In this document: piece by piece, positions 56,155 to 64,000 of the stretch
Layout of the letters: each line of letters begins with the position of its first letter
Position numbering within the stretch: the stretch's first letter is position 1
From: a virus
Virus record (IMG/VR): IMGVR_UViG_3300005676_000004
DNA: 64,000 bases
Strand: one strand, 5' to 3'
The notes under the pieces: generated by a model
Databases searched by the model: none
What the model saw: the letters and a program-made list of their open reading frames with translations, nothing else
What the model was told of the DNA's origin: nothing
Program-made: the position numbers and the translations under genes

Positions 56155-57501
56155 TTGCCAGGTCAATTTGAAAGAAATTTAGCAGATTTTAAGGTCTCCG
56201 AGTCATTTTGGAGATTGATGCAGACTGACCCACAGGATGATCGTACTCTTATTGATGGTACTGGATCGCTAGTTACTTATCTAGTCATATCGGGTACACT
56301 TGATGCATACTCGCTACGAGGTGATGGTTTTAACATCACAAATCTCAATCTTAGTAACTATTCGTTAGTTAGTGGCTCTGGACAAATTGCCAATCTTCTT
56401 CGTGATACCGATTTAGCGGTTAGAACTATAACTGCACAGCAGATGGTTATTTCATCTTCTGTGTATCATGTTACATCATCATTTAGTAGCGGATCAACCA
56501 TATTTGGTAACTCTGCCGATGATATACATCAATTTACTGGATCAGTATTAGTATCCGGATCAATTACTGGCACTATATTCACATCGTCTATAAACAATTT
56601 TGATGTTGAAGTGTCAAGAAGTATTGCAGCCGCAGGGTTTGCTGCTACTCTCCCCAGTGGAGTCGTTTCGTCATCTGTGCAGACTATACAGCATTTGACT
56701 GGTACAAATATAGTGTCTGGCTCTGGGCAACGTGGAGTTCTTGGATTAGGAACGACTGATAATGTAACCTTTGCAGTTATATCTGGATCAAGCGGTCATT
56801 TCGGTGGTAACGTTATCATTGATGGAGTGTTAACTGCTAGGGCATACTATGTATCTGCTTCTGTAATAAACAAAGAGATATTAAATGTTTCTGGATCGTC
56901 GTTCTTCGGTAATAGTTCTGACGACGTACATCAATTTACAGGGTCCATGTACGTATCTGGAAGTGTAACTGCTAACTCGTTCTTAGGAACGTTTGAGGGT
57001 GCAATATCATCTTCAGCTCAGATTTCCGCGTTAGGTTTCATAAGTGGTAGCGGCTCTTTCAATGGCAGTGTGGAGTGGGATAACGTCATAAATAAACCAT
57101 CCGGTATCGTCTCATCATCCACACAGACTATATCGCATTTAGTTGGAACGAATATTGTATCAGGATCGGGACAGCGCGGAGTTTTAGGTCTCTCTGAAAC
57201 CGATTCACCCACATTTCAAAACATTTCTGCAACCAATGGAAATTTTGATGGAAATGTTCTTATTTCCGGTACGTTAACAGCACGAGCATTTATAGTATCA
57301 GCGTCGGTAATAAACAAAGAAATCATCAATGTCTCCGGCTCATCGTTCTTTGGTAACAGCTTTGACGACGTGCATCAGTTCACAGGATCACTGTCTGTTA
57401 CTGGTTCGTTTATAGTACCAACTGTAAATAATCTTATCACTGCACCCGCTACTATAGGTAGTTTGGTAATGTATCAAGATGAGCTTTATATTTATATGTA
57501 A
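56155..57501 (+). CDS. Ser/Gly-rich tail-fibre-like protein with an internal duplication
   Basis: Three SGS..FGNS.DD.HQFTGS motifs; a ~100-aa segment is duplicated. Confidence 0.8.
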   Translation: MPGQFERNLADFKVSESFWRLMQTDPQDDRTLIDGTGSLVTYLVISGTLDAYSLRGDGFNITNLNLSNYSLVSGSGQIANLLRDTDLAVRTITAQQMVISSSVYHVTSSFSSGSTIFGNSADDIHQFTGSVLVSGSITGTIFTSSINNFDVEVSRSIAAAGFAATLPSGVVSSSVQTIQHLTGTNIVSGSGQRGVLGLGTTDNVTFAVISGSSGHFGGNVIIDGVLTARAYYVSASVINKEILNVSGSSFFGNSSDDVHQFTGSMYVSGSVTANSFLGTFEGAISSSAQISALGFISGSGSFNGSVEWDNVINKPSGIVSSSTQTISHLVGTNIVSGSGQRGVLGLSETDSPTFQNISATNGNFDGNVLISGTLTARAFIVSASVINKEIINVSGSSFFGNSFDDVHQFTGSLSVTGSFIVPTVNNLITAPATIGSLVMYQDELYIYM

Positions 57502-57522
57502 CTCAATCAACTAATACGTGTT

Positions 57523-60500
57523 TTGTTTATGATCCAGACAGCAGATGGTAATCCGCGATTGCGAAAGTTATTGTTTGTGGCTCCGCATTTGTCAACGGGT
57601 GGTATGCCACAATATCTATTAAAGATGATAGAATCTATGAAGGATTCGTTTGACGTCTATTGTTTTGAATACAGTCATGTATCTGACAAGTTTATAGTCC
57701 AAAGAGATAAGATACGAAATTTACTAGGGACATCGTTTTATTCGGTTACTGCTGGTATGACATTACCCGATGTAGTTAAAGCTGTATCCCCCGACATCAT
57801 ACACTTGCAAGAGTTACCAGAATATTTCATGCATCCGGACGATTGTAATTTTTTGTACACCGCCGATAGAAATTTCTTTATAGTAGAAACTTCACACGAT
57901 TCATCGTTCAACCCCGATAATAAGAAGTGGTTTCCTGATCAATTTGTTTTAGTGTCTAGATACCAAAAAGAGTTGTTATCAAAGCTGAATATTCCAATTG
58001 AGATTATTGAGTATGATATTGAGAAACACCCTCGGCAAGACAGGGAGATTGGGTTGACTGCGTTGAATCTAAATCCATCATTGAAGCATGTCTTAATGGT
58101 TGGTTTGTTCACACCTCGTAAAAATCAAAAAGAATTTATTGAATATGCTAGATCGTTAGAGTCATATCCAATACAATTCCACATTGTTGGTAATATGGCG
58201 GATAATTTCGCGGCGTATTGGACTCCGCTAGTGTCTGACTTACCATCTAATGTTGTCGTTTGGGGAGAACGTGGTGATGTTGATAGATTTTATTCTTGCA
58301 TGGATTTGTTCTTATTCACATCTAGGGGATCAGATCATGACAAGGAAACTAGTCCACTTGTAATTCGCGAAGCACTGTCATATCAGTTACCAATCCTAAT
58401 ATACAATCTTCCAGTGTATATGGGCATGTATGACAGATTTGACAACATTCGGTATCTATCTACTAAATTTGAAGATAACATTAAGAAAATTTTAGAAATT
58501 TTGAATCTAGATACTAGTTTCCAATTTGATACTATCAAGACTCCAGACTTTGTGTATACTAGACAAGACATTGAGAAAATTTCAAAATGCACGTCTATGT
58601 TAGAAGCTATGGATATCAATGGGGTTAGTTACGATGGTATGGTTTGGGGAATCTTCTGCCATAAGGAAATGGACCGTCATGGATTAAGAATTCAGCCAGG
58701 AGATGTGTTTCTTGATTTGGGTGCTAACGTCGGTATGTCATCTATGTATGCTAAGTTAGCTGGAGCTTCTAAGATTTATTGTGTTGAGCCTGATCCAGTT
58801 ATGGTGAAGTTCATTCAACAAAATTTACAAGATAATGTAACAATTCTAGAATGCGCTGTTTGGTCAGAACCTAGAACACTTGATTTATATCATTGGCCAG
58901 GAAATCCTTCGCAGGGTGGCAATCTCTATACAACTAAAACTAGGACGTTATCTGATATACTTAACGAGCTTGATCATCGTATTATTGATTATGTGAAGAT
59001 GGACGTTGAAGGTTCGGAAGGAGAGATATTGACGTCAACGCCTCAACGGTATCTGCGTAGAATTAAGAAGATGTTCATTGAACATCACTACCCAGCTAAA
59101 ACTCACCTGTTAGTTGAACATTTAACTGAATCTGGATTTACCGTGGTAGTTGAAAACGGTTCTGGACAAGACTACTTGTATTGTACGAATCAGATGCTCA
59201 CTGATTATGATACGGCTAAGTTATCAATTACGTTTAATCCCGATACTAATGAATTTAGGTATCAAGTAAATAAAAACATAGATGATTTTAGGTTAGTAAT
59301 TCGTGACAAGCAATCTAGTAGCATATTGTGGACTGTTAAGTACTCAGCTATACACCAAAACTCATCGTATTGGGTGATACCGTTTCCAGTGGATTTTATT
59401 AAAATTCAAGACGATCCTAACATTGGTAGCCTAGTTTTTGATGTGTATAGCGGGGAGAAACTCATAACCTCGGAAGAAATCAAGATTAAAGATGTTCCTA
59501 ATGTAGATAACTACATACCGTTACTTGAAAATAATACAGAACCAAATTACATAAACTATCGTGAGTTTTTTGTATCAAAAATTTATGATGATGTTTTATC
59601 CGCTGATTATAACTTAGTTGTTGATGTTGGTGCTAACGTTGGTATGTGGGTTGAATACATAAAGAATCGCGTACCATCTGCTGAAATTGTGTGCCTTGAA
59701 CCAAACGACGTTGCACATAAACTGCTAACACAGTCGTTTAGACATGACAGTAGTGTTACGGTTATAAAGTGCGCTTTGCATACGGAAGATACTTCGCTTG
59801 ACTTCTTTACTAACCCCAACAACTCAACAATATCTTCCGCATACAATACAACGGACAAGTCATCAGTCTATAAGGTAGACGCTATATCGATAGATACTCT
59901 CCGAGAAAACATTGGTAATAAGATGATTGATCTTATGAAAATTGACATAGAGGGTGGTGAGTACGATCTAATTAATTCAATGCAAGATTTTGATTTCGTT
60001 CGTGAGTTTCTTATTGAGTATCATATCTTCAACAATTATACTATGGATGACGTTAATCGGTTGTGTAATCATTTGGCCGAGAACATGTTTATAGTCGACA
60101 TGCGAGTCATGCATAACGGCGGTGGATTTATTCACGCTAAACGGGCAACTGAGAAACGGAATAGCAAGATTCCTTTTAAGGTTAAAGCAGTTCATTTACT
60201 ATTAGATAGTGACACTGTAAAAGATCAACAGGACAAGTCAATAGAAAACATATCTAGCGTTTGCTCTGAGTTAGGGATAGAGTATGTTCAGCATATCAAC
60301 CAGTTATATGTTGACATACCTCCAATTCAAAGGTGTAGGTATCCTACTGATGTAACTTCTGGAAAACTTCGTTCCGAACATTATGGATGTTATGATTCAT
60401 TCAAATGTGCCATATTATCCGAATGTACTAAAGATTATGATCTAGTTTTATTTTTTGAAGGCGACGCGCAGATACGGGATTCGTTTAATTTTGCAAAAGC

Positions 60501-60852
60501 GTTGACACATGCAATAGATAACCAATTGAATGGGTATATTTCGTTTGGTGGTAAGTATGATATAGAAACTAGTTTCTTACAATCACACACTATATCTACG
60601 CTGAGTGGTGGGTTCATAACGACAAACAAGATAATAGGGTGTCAATGTATAGCATTTACTCCGGCCATTATCAATAGTATCAAGACGTTACTTAGAACTG
60701 AAAAGTGGTGTGCTTGGGACATATTTCTGAATATCATCACAGAGGAAAACGGTATAACGAAGATAGTCACCGAGAAAACTATAGTATCTCAGTTTGATGG
60801 GGTTTCAACAATAGATTCGGTTATGAAGAAGTTTAGGAAAGATTTACCATGA
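57523..60852 (+). CDS. multidomain glycosyltransferase: GT-B (GT4-like), two FkbM methyltransferases, GT-A-like domain
   Basis: APHLSTGGMPQ, VG..TPRKNQ, E.SPLVIREA; FLDLGANVG...KMDVEGSE; VDVGANVG...KIDIEGGE; HYGCYDSF...FFEGDA. Confidence 0.85.
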   Translation: MFMIQTADGNPRLRKLLFVAPHLSTGGMPQYLLKMIESMKDSFDVYCFEYSHVSDKFIVQRDKIRNLLGTSFYSVTAGMTLPDVVKAVSPDIIHLQELPEYFMHPDDCNFLYTADRNFFIVETSHDSSFNPDNKKWFPDQFVLVSRYQKELLSKLNIPIEIIEYDIEKHPRQDREIGLTALNLNPSLKHVLMVGLFTPRKNQKEFIEYARSLESYPIQFHIVGNMADNFAAYWTPLVSDLPSNVVVWGERGDVDRFYSCMDLFLFTSRGSDHDKETSPLVIREALSYQLPILIYNLPVYMGMYDRFDNIRYLSTKFEDNIKKILEILNLDTSFQFDTIKTPDFVYTRQDIEKISKCTSMLEAMDINGVSYDGMVWGIFCHKEMDRHGLRIQPGDVFLDLGANVGMSSMYAKLAGASKIYCVEPDPVMVKFIQQNLQDNVTILECAVWSEPRTLDLYHWPGNPSQGGNLYTTKTRTLSDILNELDHRIIDYVKMDVEGSEGEILTSTPQRYLRRIKKMFIEHHYPAKTHLLVEHLTESGFTVVVENGSGQDYLYCTNQMLTDYDTAKLSITFNPDTNEFRYQVNKNIDDFRLVIRDKQSSSILWTVKYSAIHQNSSYWVIPFPVDFIKIQDDPNIGSLVFDVYSGEKLITSEEIKIKDVPNVDNYIPLLENNTEPNYINYREFFVSKIYDDVLSADYNLVVDVGANVGMWVEYIKNRVPSAEIVCLEPNDVAHKLLTQSFRHDSSVTVIKCALHTEDTSLDFFTNPNNSTISSAYNTTDKSSVYKVDAISIDTLRENIGNKMIDLMKIDIEGGEYDLINSMQDFDFVREFLIEYHIFNNYTMDDVNRLCNHLAENMFIVDMRVMHNGGGFIHAKRATEKRNSKIPFKVKAVHLLLDSDTVKDQQDKSIENISSVCSELGIEYVQHINQLYVDIPPIQRCRYPTDVTSGKLRSEHYGCYDSFKCAILSECTKDYDLVLFFEGDAQIRDSFNFAKALTHAIDNQLNGYISFGGKYDIETSFLQSHTISTLSGGFITTNKIIGCQCIAFTPAIINSIKTLLRTEKWCAWDIFLNIITEENGITKIVTEKTIVSQFDGVSTIDSVMKKFRKDLP

Positions 60853-62951
60853 GAATAGCACAAGTTACCCCAGGACTGATTCCTATACCACCAAATGGAT
60901 GGGGGGCTGTTGAGAAAATTATTTGGGAGTATGTTACTCACCTGCGCAAAGACGGTCATTCGGTTGACATAGTGTCCATAGATGAGGCCATTAGTAATCA
61001 TAAACGTTACGATGTAATACACGTACACATGTGGAATCACGCGCTTATGCTGTATCAGAGTAATGTAGCATACGTGTTTACATTTCACGATCATCATGCG
61101 TTTGCGTATGGTAAATCCTCAGTTAACTACAACAACAATTTATTAGCCATGCAACGTGCGGCGTTGGCAATTGTCCCAGCTCAATATCTAGTTGAATACT
61201 TTGATGACATTCCAGTGTACCTATCGCATGGTATAGATTTATCGCGATACTATCCAGCTACGTATGAACCAACTGGAACGTGCAGAGTTTTGTGTGTTGG
61301 AAATAACGGGTTTGGAGGAGATTCTTCTTTTGATAGGAAGGGATTCATTTATGCAGTTCAAGCTGCCAAGACGTATGACTTCCCTATAACGATTTGTGGT
61401 CCACGACGTAATAACGAGGAGTTTTTTGAAGCACATCAAGATGAATTTGATTATCATAAGTTAACAATCCTATATGATCTCACTGATGATGAATTGATTG
61501 AACAATATCATAGCCATGATGTGTTGATACATGCTTCATCGATAGAAGCTGGACATCCCCCGTTAACTCTTCTTGAAGCTGCTGCATGTGGGCTACCAAT
61601 AATCTCCACTGATTGTGCTGGAGAATTGCATCACATACGAGTTGAAAGAGAATTGGAGTCAATCATCACAGGCATTCGAATGTTTGCCACTGGACCTGAA
61701 ATTCATAGATTCAAAACGTTTTCATCTGTTCATACGTACGACTGGGGTGTGATATGTGCAGATTTGGCTAGTTTGTACACTAGTATAGTATCTCCGAATA
61801 TGCGTTCAAGTATGTTAAGGGTTTACAATAAACTTCGTAAACGAAAAAATACAGACGTGATGAATATCAACTTCATTGACGGTGCGTTCTTTGAACTTCT
61901 TAGCCAACATAGTAAAGGAATTGATGTCCAGTTCATAGACCAGACTAACAATGAAGTCGTGTATTCAACTCATATAAGAAGTAACCAATGGGCTAAATGC
62001 AATAGGCGTTGGTTTACCCCGTGGAAGATTAGAGTTCTCAGTGACGACGGGCATTTCGTTGAGCATACATTTAACTTGAATGGTAAGAGAGTATTAATTT
62101 CCATGGAGTCTTCTGCGCTAGGAGACACGATAGCGTGGATACCATATGTTGAGAAATTTAAGAACAAGCATAATTGTCATATTATAGTATCAACTTTTCA
62201 TAACGACTTGTTTGCGGAAGCGTATCCTGAGTTGGAATTTGTTGCTCCTGGGACGGTAGTTGATGATTTATACTCAAAATTTTCATTAGGTCTTTGGTAT
62301 GACGATGGACAATTTAACTCACTCTTTCATCCTAGGGATACGCGAACAATTTCATTACAACAAATTGCGTGTGACATACTCGGGTTAGAATATGAAGAGT
62401 TGCGTCCTAGATTGATGGCAGAACTCATTGAAAATATACCGGATGATTTCGTTTGCATAGCACCATACAGCACGGCTCAGGCGAAATTCTGGAACAATCC
62501 CACTGGATGGCAAGAGGTTGTTGATTATTTTAGGTCAAAAAACAAAGTAGTTTTTCTTCTATCTAAGGAGGAAAATGGGTTTATGGGTAATCACGATCCA
62601 GTTGGGGTAGTTCGACTCAATGGTTTAACAACTAGACAGTTAGCGTTTGTATTGTCAAAATGTTCATTATTTGTTGGTTTAAGCTCTGGATTATCCTGGT
62701 TAGCATGGGCAGTCGGCGCACCAACAACGCTGATTAGTGGTTTCACACCACCAGATTTAGAGATGCAGTCTGGTGTCCTTAGAGTTACAAATCCACACGT
62801 ATGTAATAGTTGTACTCTACGGCATTTTTTTGATAGAGGAGACTGGAACTGGTGTCCTGATCATAAGAATGATTCCCAACGATTTATTTGCTCAACTTCA
62901 ATAGCTGGGGCTGATGTGATAAGAGCTATTCAAGAAACGTATGGAATGTAA
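60849..62951 (+). CDS. GT4-like glycosyltransferase fused to a TibC/AAH-type (autotransporter) O-heptosyltransferase-like domain
   Basis: N-terminal PP.GWGAVE...EAGHPPLTLLEAAACG; C-terminal KRVLIS.ES.ALGDTIAW.PY, GLSSGLSWLAWA, ISGF, and four Cys in VCNSC...FDRGDWNWCP.H...FICS. Confidence 0.85.
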   Translation: MRIAQVTPGLIPIPPNGWGAVEKIIWEYVTHLRKDGHSVDIVSIDEAISNHKRYDVIHVHMWNHALMLYQSNVAYVFTFHDHHAFAYGKSSVNYNNNLLAMQRAALAIVPAQYLVEYFDDIPVYLSHGIDLSRYYPATYEPTGTCRVLCVGNNGFGGDSSFDRKGFIYAVQAAKTYDFPITICGPRRNNEEFFEAHQDEFDYHKLTILYDLTDDELIEQYHSHDVLIHASSIEAGHPPLTLLEAAACGLPIISTDCAGELHHIRVERELESIITGIRMFATGPEIHRFKTFSSVHTYDWGVICADLASLYTSIVSPNMRSSMLRVYNKLRKRKNTDVMNINFIDGAFFELLSQHSKGIDVQFIDQTNNEVVYSTHIRSNQWAKCNRRWFTPWKIRVLSDDGHFVEHTFNLNGKRVLISMESSALGDTIAWIPYVEKFKNKHNCHIIVSTFHNDLFAEAYPELEFVAPGTVVDDLYSKFSLGLWYDDGQFNSLFHPRDTRTISLQQIACDILGLEYEELRPRLMAELIENIPDDFVCIAPYSTAQAKFWNNPTGWQEVVDYFRSKNKVVFLLSKEENGFMGNHDPVGVVRLNGLTTRQLAFVLSKCSLFVGLSSGLSWLAWAVGAPTTLISGFTPPDLEMQSGVLRVTNPHVCNSCTLRHFFDRGDWNWCPDHKNDSQRFICSTSIAGADVIRAIQETYGM

Positions 62952-62995
62952 CTAACTCATCTAATGAGGTAGTATAACATATTCTCCTAAGATTG

Positions 62996-63047
62996 TGCTC
63001 GTATTGATATTTATAGGCGTAAGAACTTGTAAATATTTCTACGAGCA
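62996..63047 (+). promoter_or_regulatory. hairpin enclosing a GATATTTAT motif (63006-63014)
   Basis: TGCTCGTA/TACGAGCA outer stem and ATATTTA/TAAATAT inner stem, upstream of 63105. Confidence 0.55.
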
Positions 63048-63104
63048 TTTATTCTTTTAGCGCATGTTTGGTGGTAATTTCACTAGCAAAAAGCGGAGAC
63101 TCTA

Positions 63105-64000
63105 TTGAGCGGATACAAAAAAGTTATAGTAAGTGGTAGTAATGCGGAACTAGGTTCATTACTTGTAACTGGAGATACTACAGTCACTGGCTCTGTTGAG
63201 ATTTCAGGAAGTTTGGTAATTAACGGAGTAAGTTTACCAAATGGCAGTGGTTCTGGAACATCTGGAACGAGTGGAGCATCTGGTTCTTCCGGTACGAGTG
63301 GTAATAGTGGTTCAAGCGGAACGTCGGGATCATCTGGAACAAGTGGACAGACTGGTTCATCGGGAACATCTGGAAATAGCGGGAGCAGTGGGACAAGTGG
63401 TTCTAGTGGACAGAATGGTTCGTCTGGAACAAGTGGAAGCAGTGGAACCAGTGGACAGAGCGGAAGCAGTGGATCAAGCGGAACATCTGGAAGTACGGGT
63501 ACAAGTGGCACTAGTGGGCAGAGCGGAAGCAGCGGTACTAGTGGTTCAAGTGGAAGCAGTGGAAGCAGTGGAAGCAGTGGAAGTACTGGTACAAGCGGTA
63601 CAAGCGGCACAAGCGGCATAAGTGGATCAAGCGGAACATCCGGCAACTCAGGCTCTTCGGGAACATCTGGAAGTACTGGTACTAGCGGTACGAGTGGAAA
63701 TTCTGGAGATAGATATACTACTACATCATCAACTTCCAATACAATCGGCACTGGAACTAAATCCTTTGTAGTGGAAACTGGGTTAGCACTTAGTATAGGG
63801 CAAAATGTAATTTGTGCGTTTGATGAAAATGCTAAGTTAGAAGGAAATATTACCTCTTATAATTCATTGACTGGTGACCTAGACATTAATGTTACTAGTA
63901 CAGTTGGCTCTGGAACTTACGCAGTATGGTCAATTTCATTATCGGGTGCTCCGGGGCCAGCGGGAACAAGTGGCTCTAGCGGAAGCAGTGGAACAAGTGG
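63105..64000 (+). CDS. Gly-X-Ser collagen-like fibre protein, runs off the window end (absent from the ORF track)
   Basis: TTG start after GGAG, in-frame TAG at 63084; hand translation MSGYKKVIVSGSNAELGSL..., about 50 G-[T/S]-S triplets, a globular module, then more GTS/GSS; open to 64000. Confidence 0.85.
   Translation, partial: MSGYKKVIVSGSNAELGSLLVTGDTTVTGSVEISGSLVINGVSLPNGSGSGTSGTSGASGSSGTSGNSGSSGTSGSSGTSGQTGSSGTSGNSGSSGTSGSSGQNGSSGTSGSSGTSGQSGSSGSSGTSGSTGTSGTSGQSGSSGTSGSSGSSGSSGSSGSTGTSGTSGTSGISGSSGTSGNSGSSGTSGSTGTSGTSGNSGDRYTTTSSTSNTIGTGTKSFVVETGLALSIGQNVICAFDENAKLEGNITSYNSLTGDLDINVTSTVGSGTYAVWSISLSGAPGPAGTSGSSGSSGTS

Noticed and set aside
920-62167. The many 60-170 aa minus-strand ORFs in the track
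   Set aside because: All lie antisense to longer, motif-bearing or translationally coupled + strand genes and show no recognisable motifs
63083-63751. 222-aa minus-strand Pro/Leu/Val ORF and the 63241..63621 + ORF
   Set aside because: Antisense and off-frame shadows of the real + strand GXS gene starting at 63105, which the track missed because it has no stop inside the window
1-64000. Stop-codon reassignment as in some jumbo phages
   Set aside because: Long conserved genes (gp6-like, Mre11-Rad50, 1340-aa protein) are intact in code 11, and TAA, TAG and TGA all terminate genes at coupled junctions
1-64000. tRNA, rRNA, self-splicing introns or inteins
   Set aside because: Intergenic gaps are short and showed no cloverleaf or T-loop signature by eye; ThyX, the ligase, the MTase and Rad50 have normal motif spacing. 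tRNAscan-SE or Infernal would be needed to exclude these formally

Overview
This 64 kb window is a prophage-free-looking segment of a large lytic myovirus (T4-related jumbo-phage-like) genome. Essentially all real genes are on the + strand and read through in genetic code 11. About 1-22 kb is an accessory/early region of small genes. It holds two tandem paralog arrays (1.9-5.1 kb and 5.7-6.6 kb), an orphan C5-cytosine methyltransferase, a nucleotidyltransferase-like gene, an Rnl1-type RNA ligase, a secreted lysozyme, ThyX and an HSP20-like gene. From about 24 kb come ClpP, a sigma-factor-like gene and a baseplate/tail module (gp5-like, CHAP-like hydrolase, gp25-like, gp6-like, five tandem paralogs). 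These are followed by a single-polypeptide Mre11-Rad50 (SbcD-SbcC) fusion, and then Gly-X-Ser/Thr collagen-like fibre genes interleaved with two multidomain glycosylation enzymes, one carrying a TibC/AAH-type heptosyltransferase domain. Promoters matching the Bacteroidota consensus (TTTG-N20-TAnnTTTG) suggest an FCB-group host. A second motif (GATATTTAT) marks putative late promoters, one of them inside a hairpin that masks the downstream ribosome-binding site. The most interesting candidates are (1) a phage-encoded virion-fibre O-glycosylation system, (2) a fixed-period constant-variable-constant microprotein cassette array, (3) hairpin-gated late expression, and (4) a possible replication origin at about 23.4-23.7 kb. 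I found no tRNA, rRNA, CRISPR array, integrase, capsid, portal or terminase gene. All family assignments come from motifs read by eye, not from database searches.
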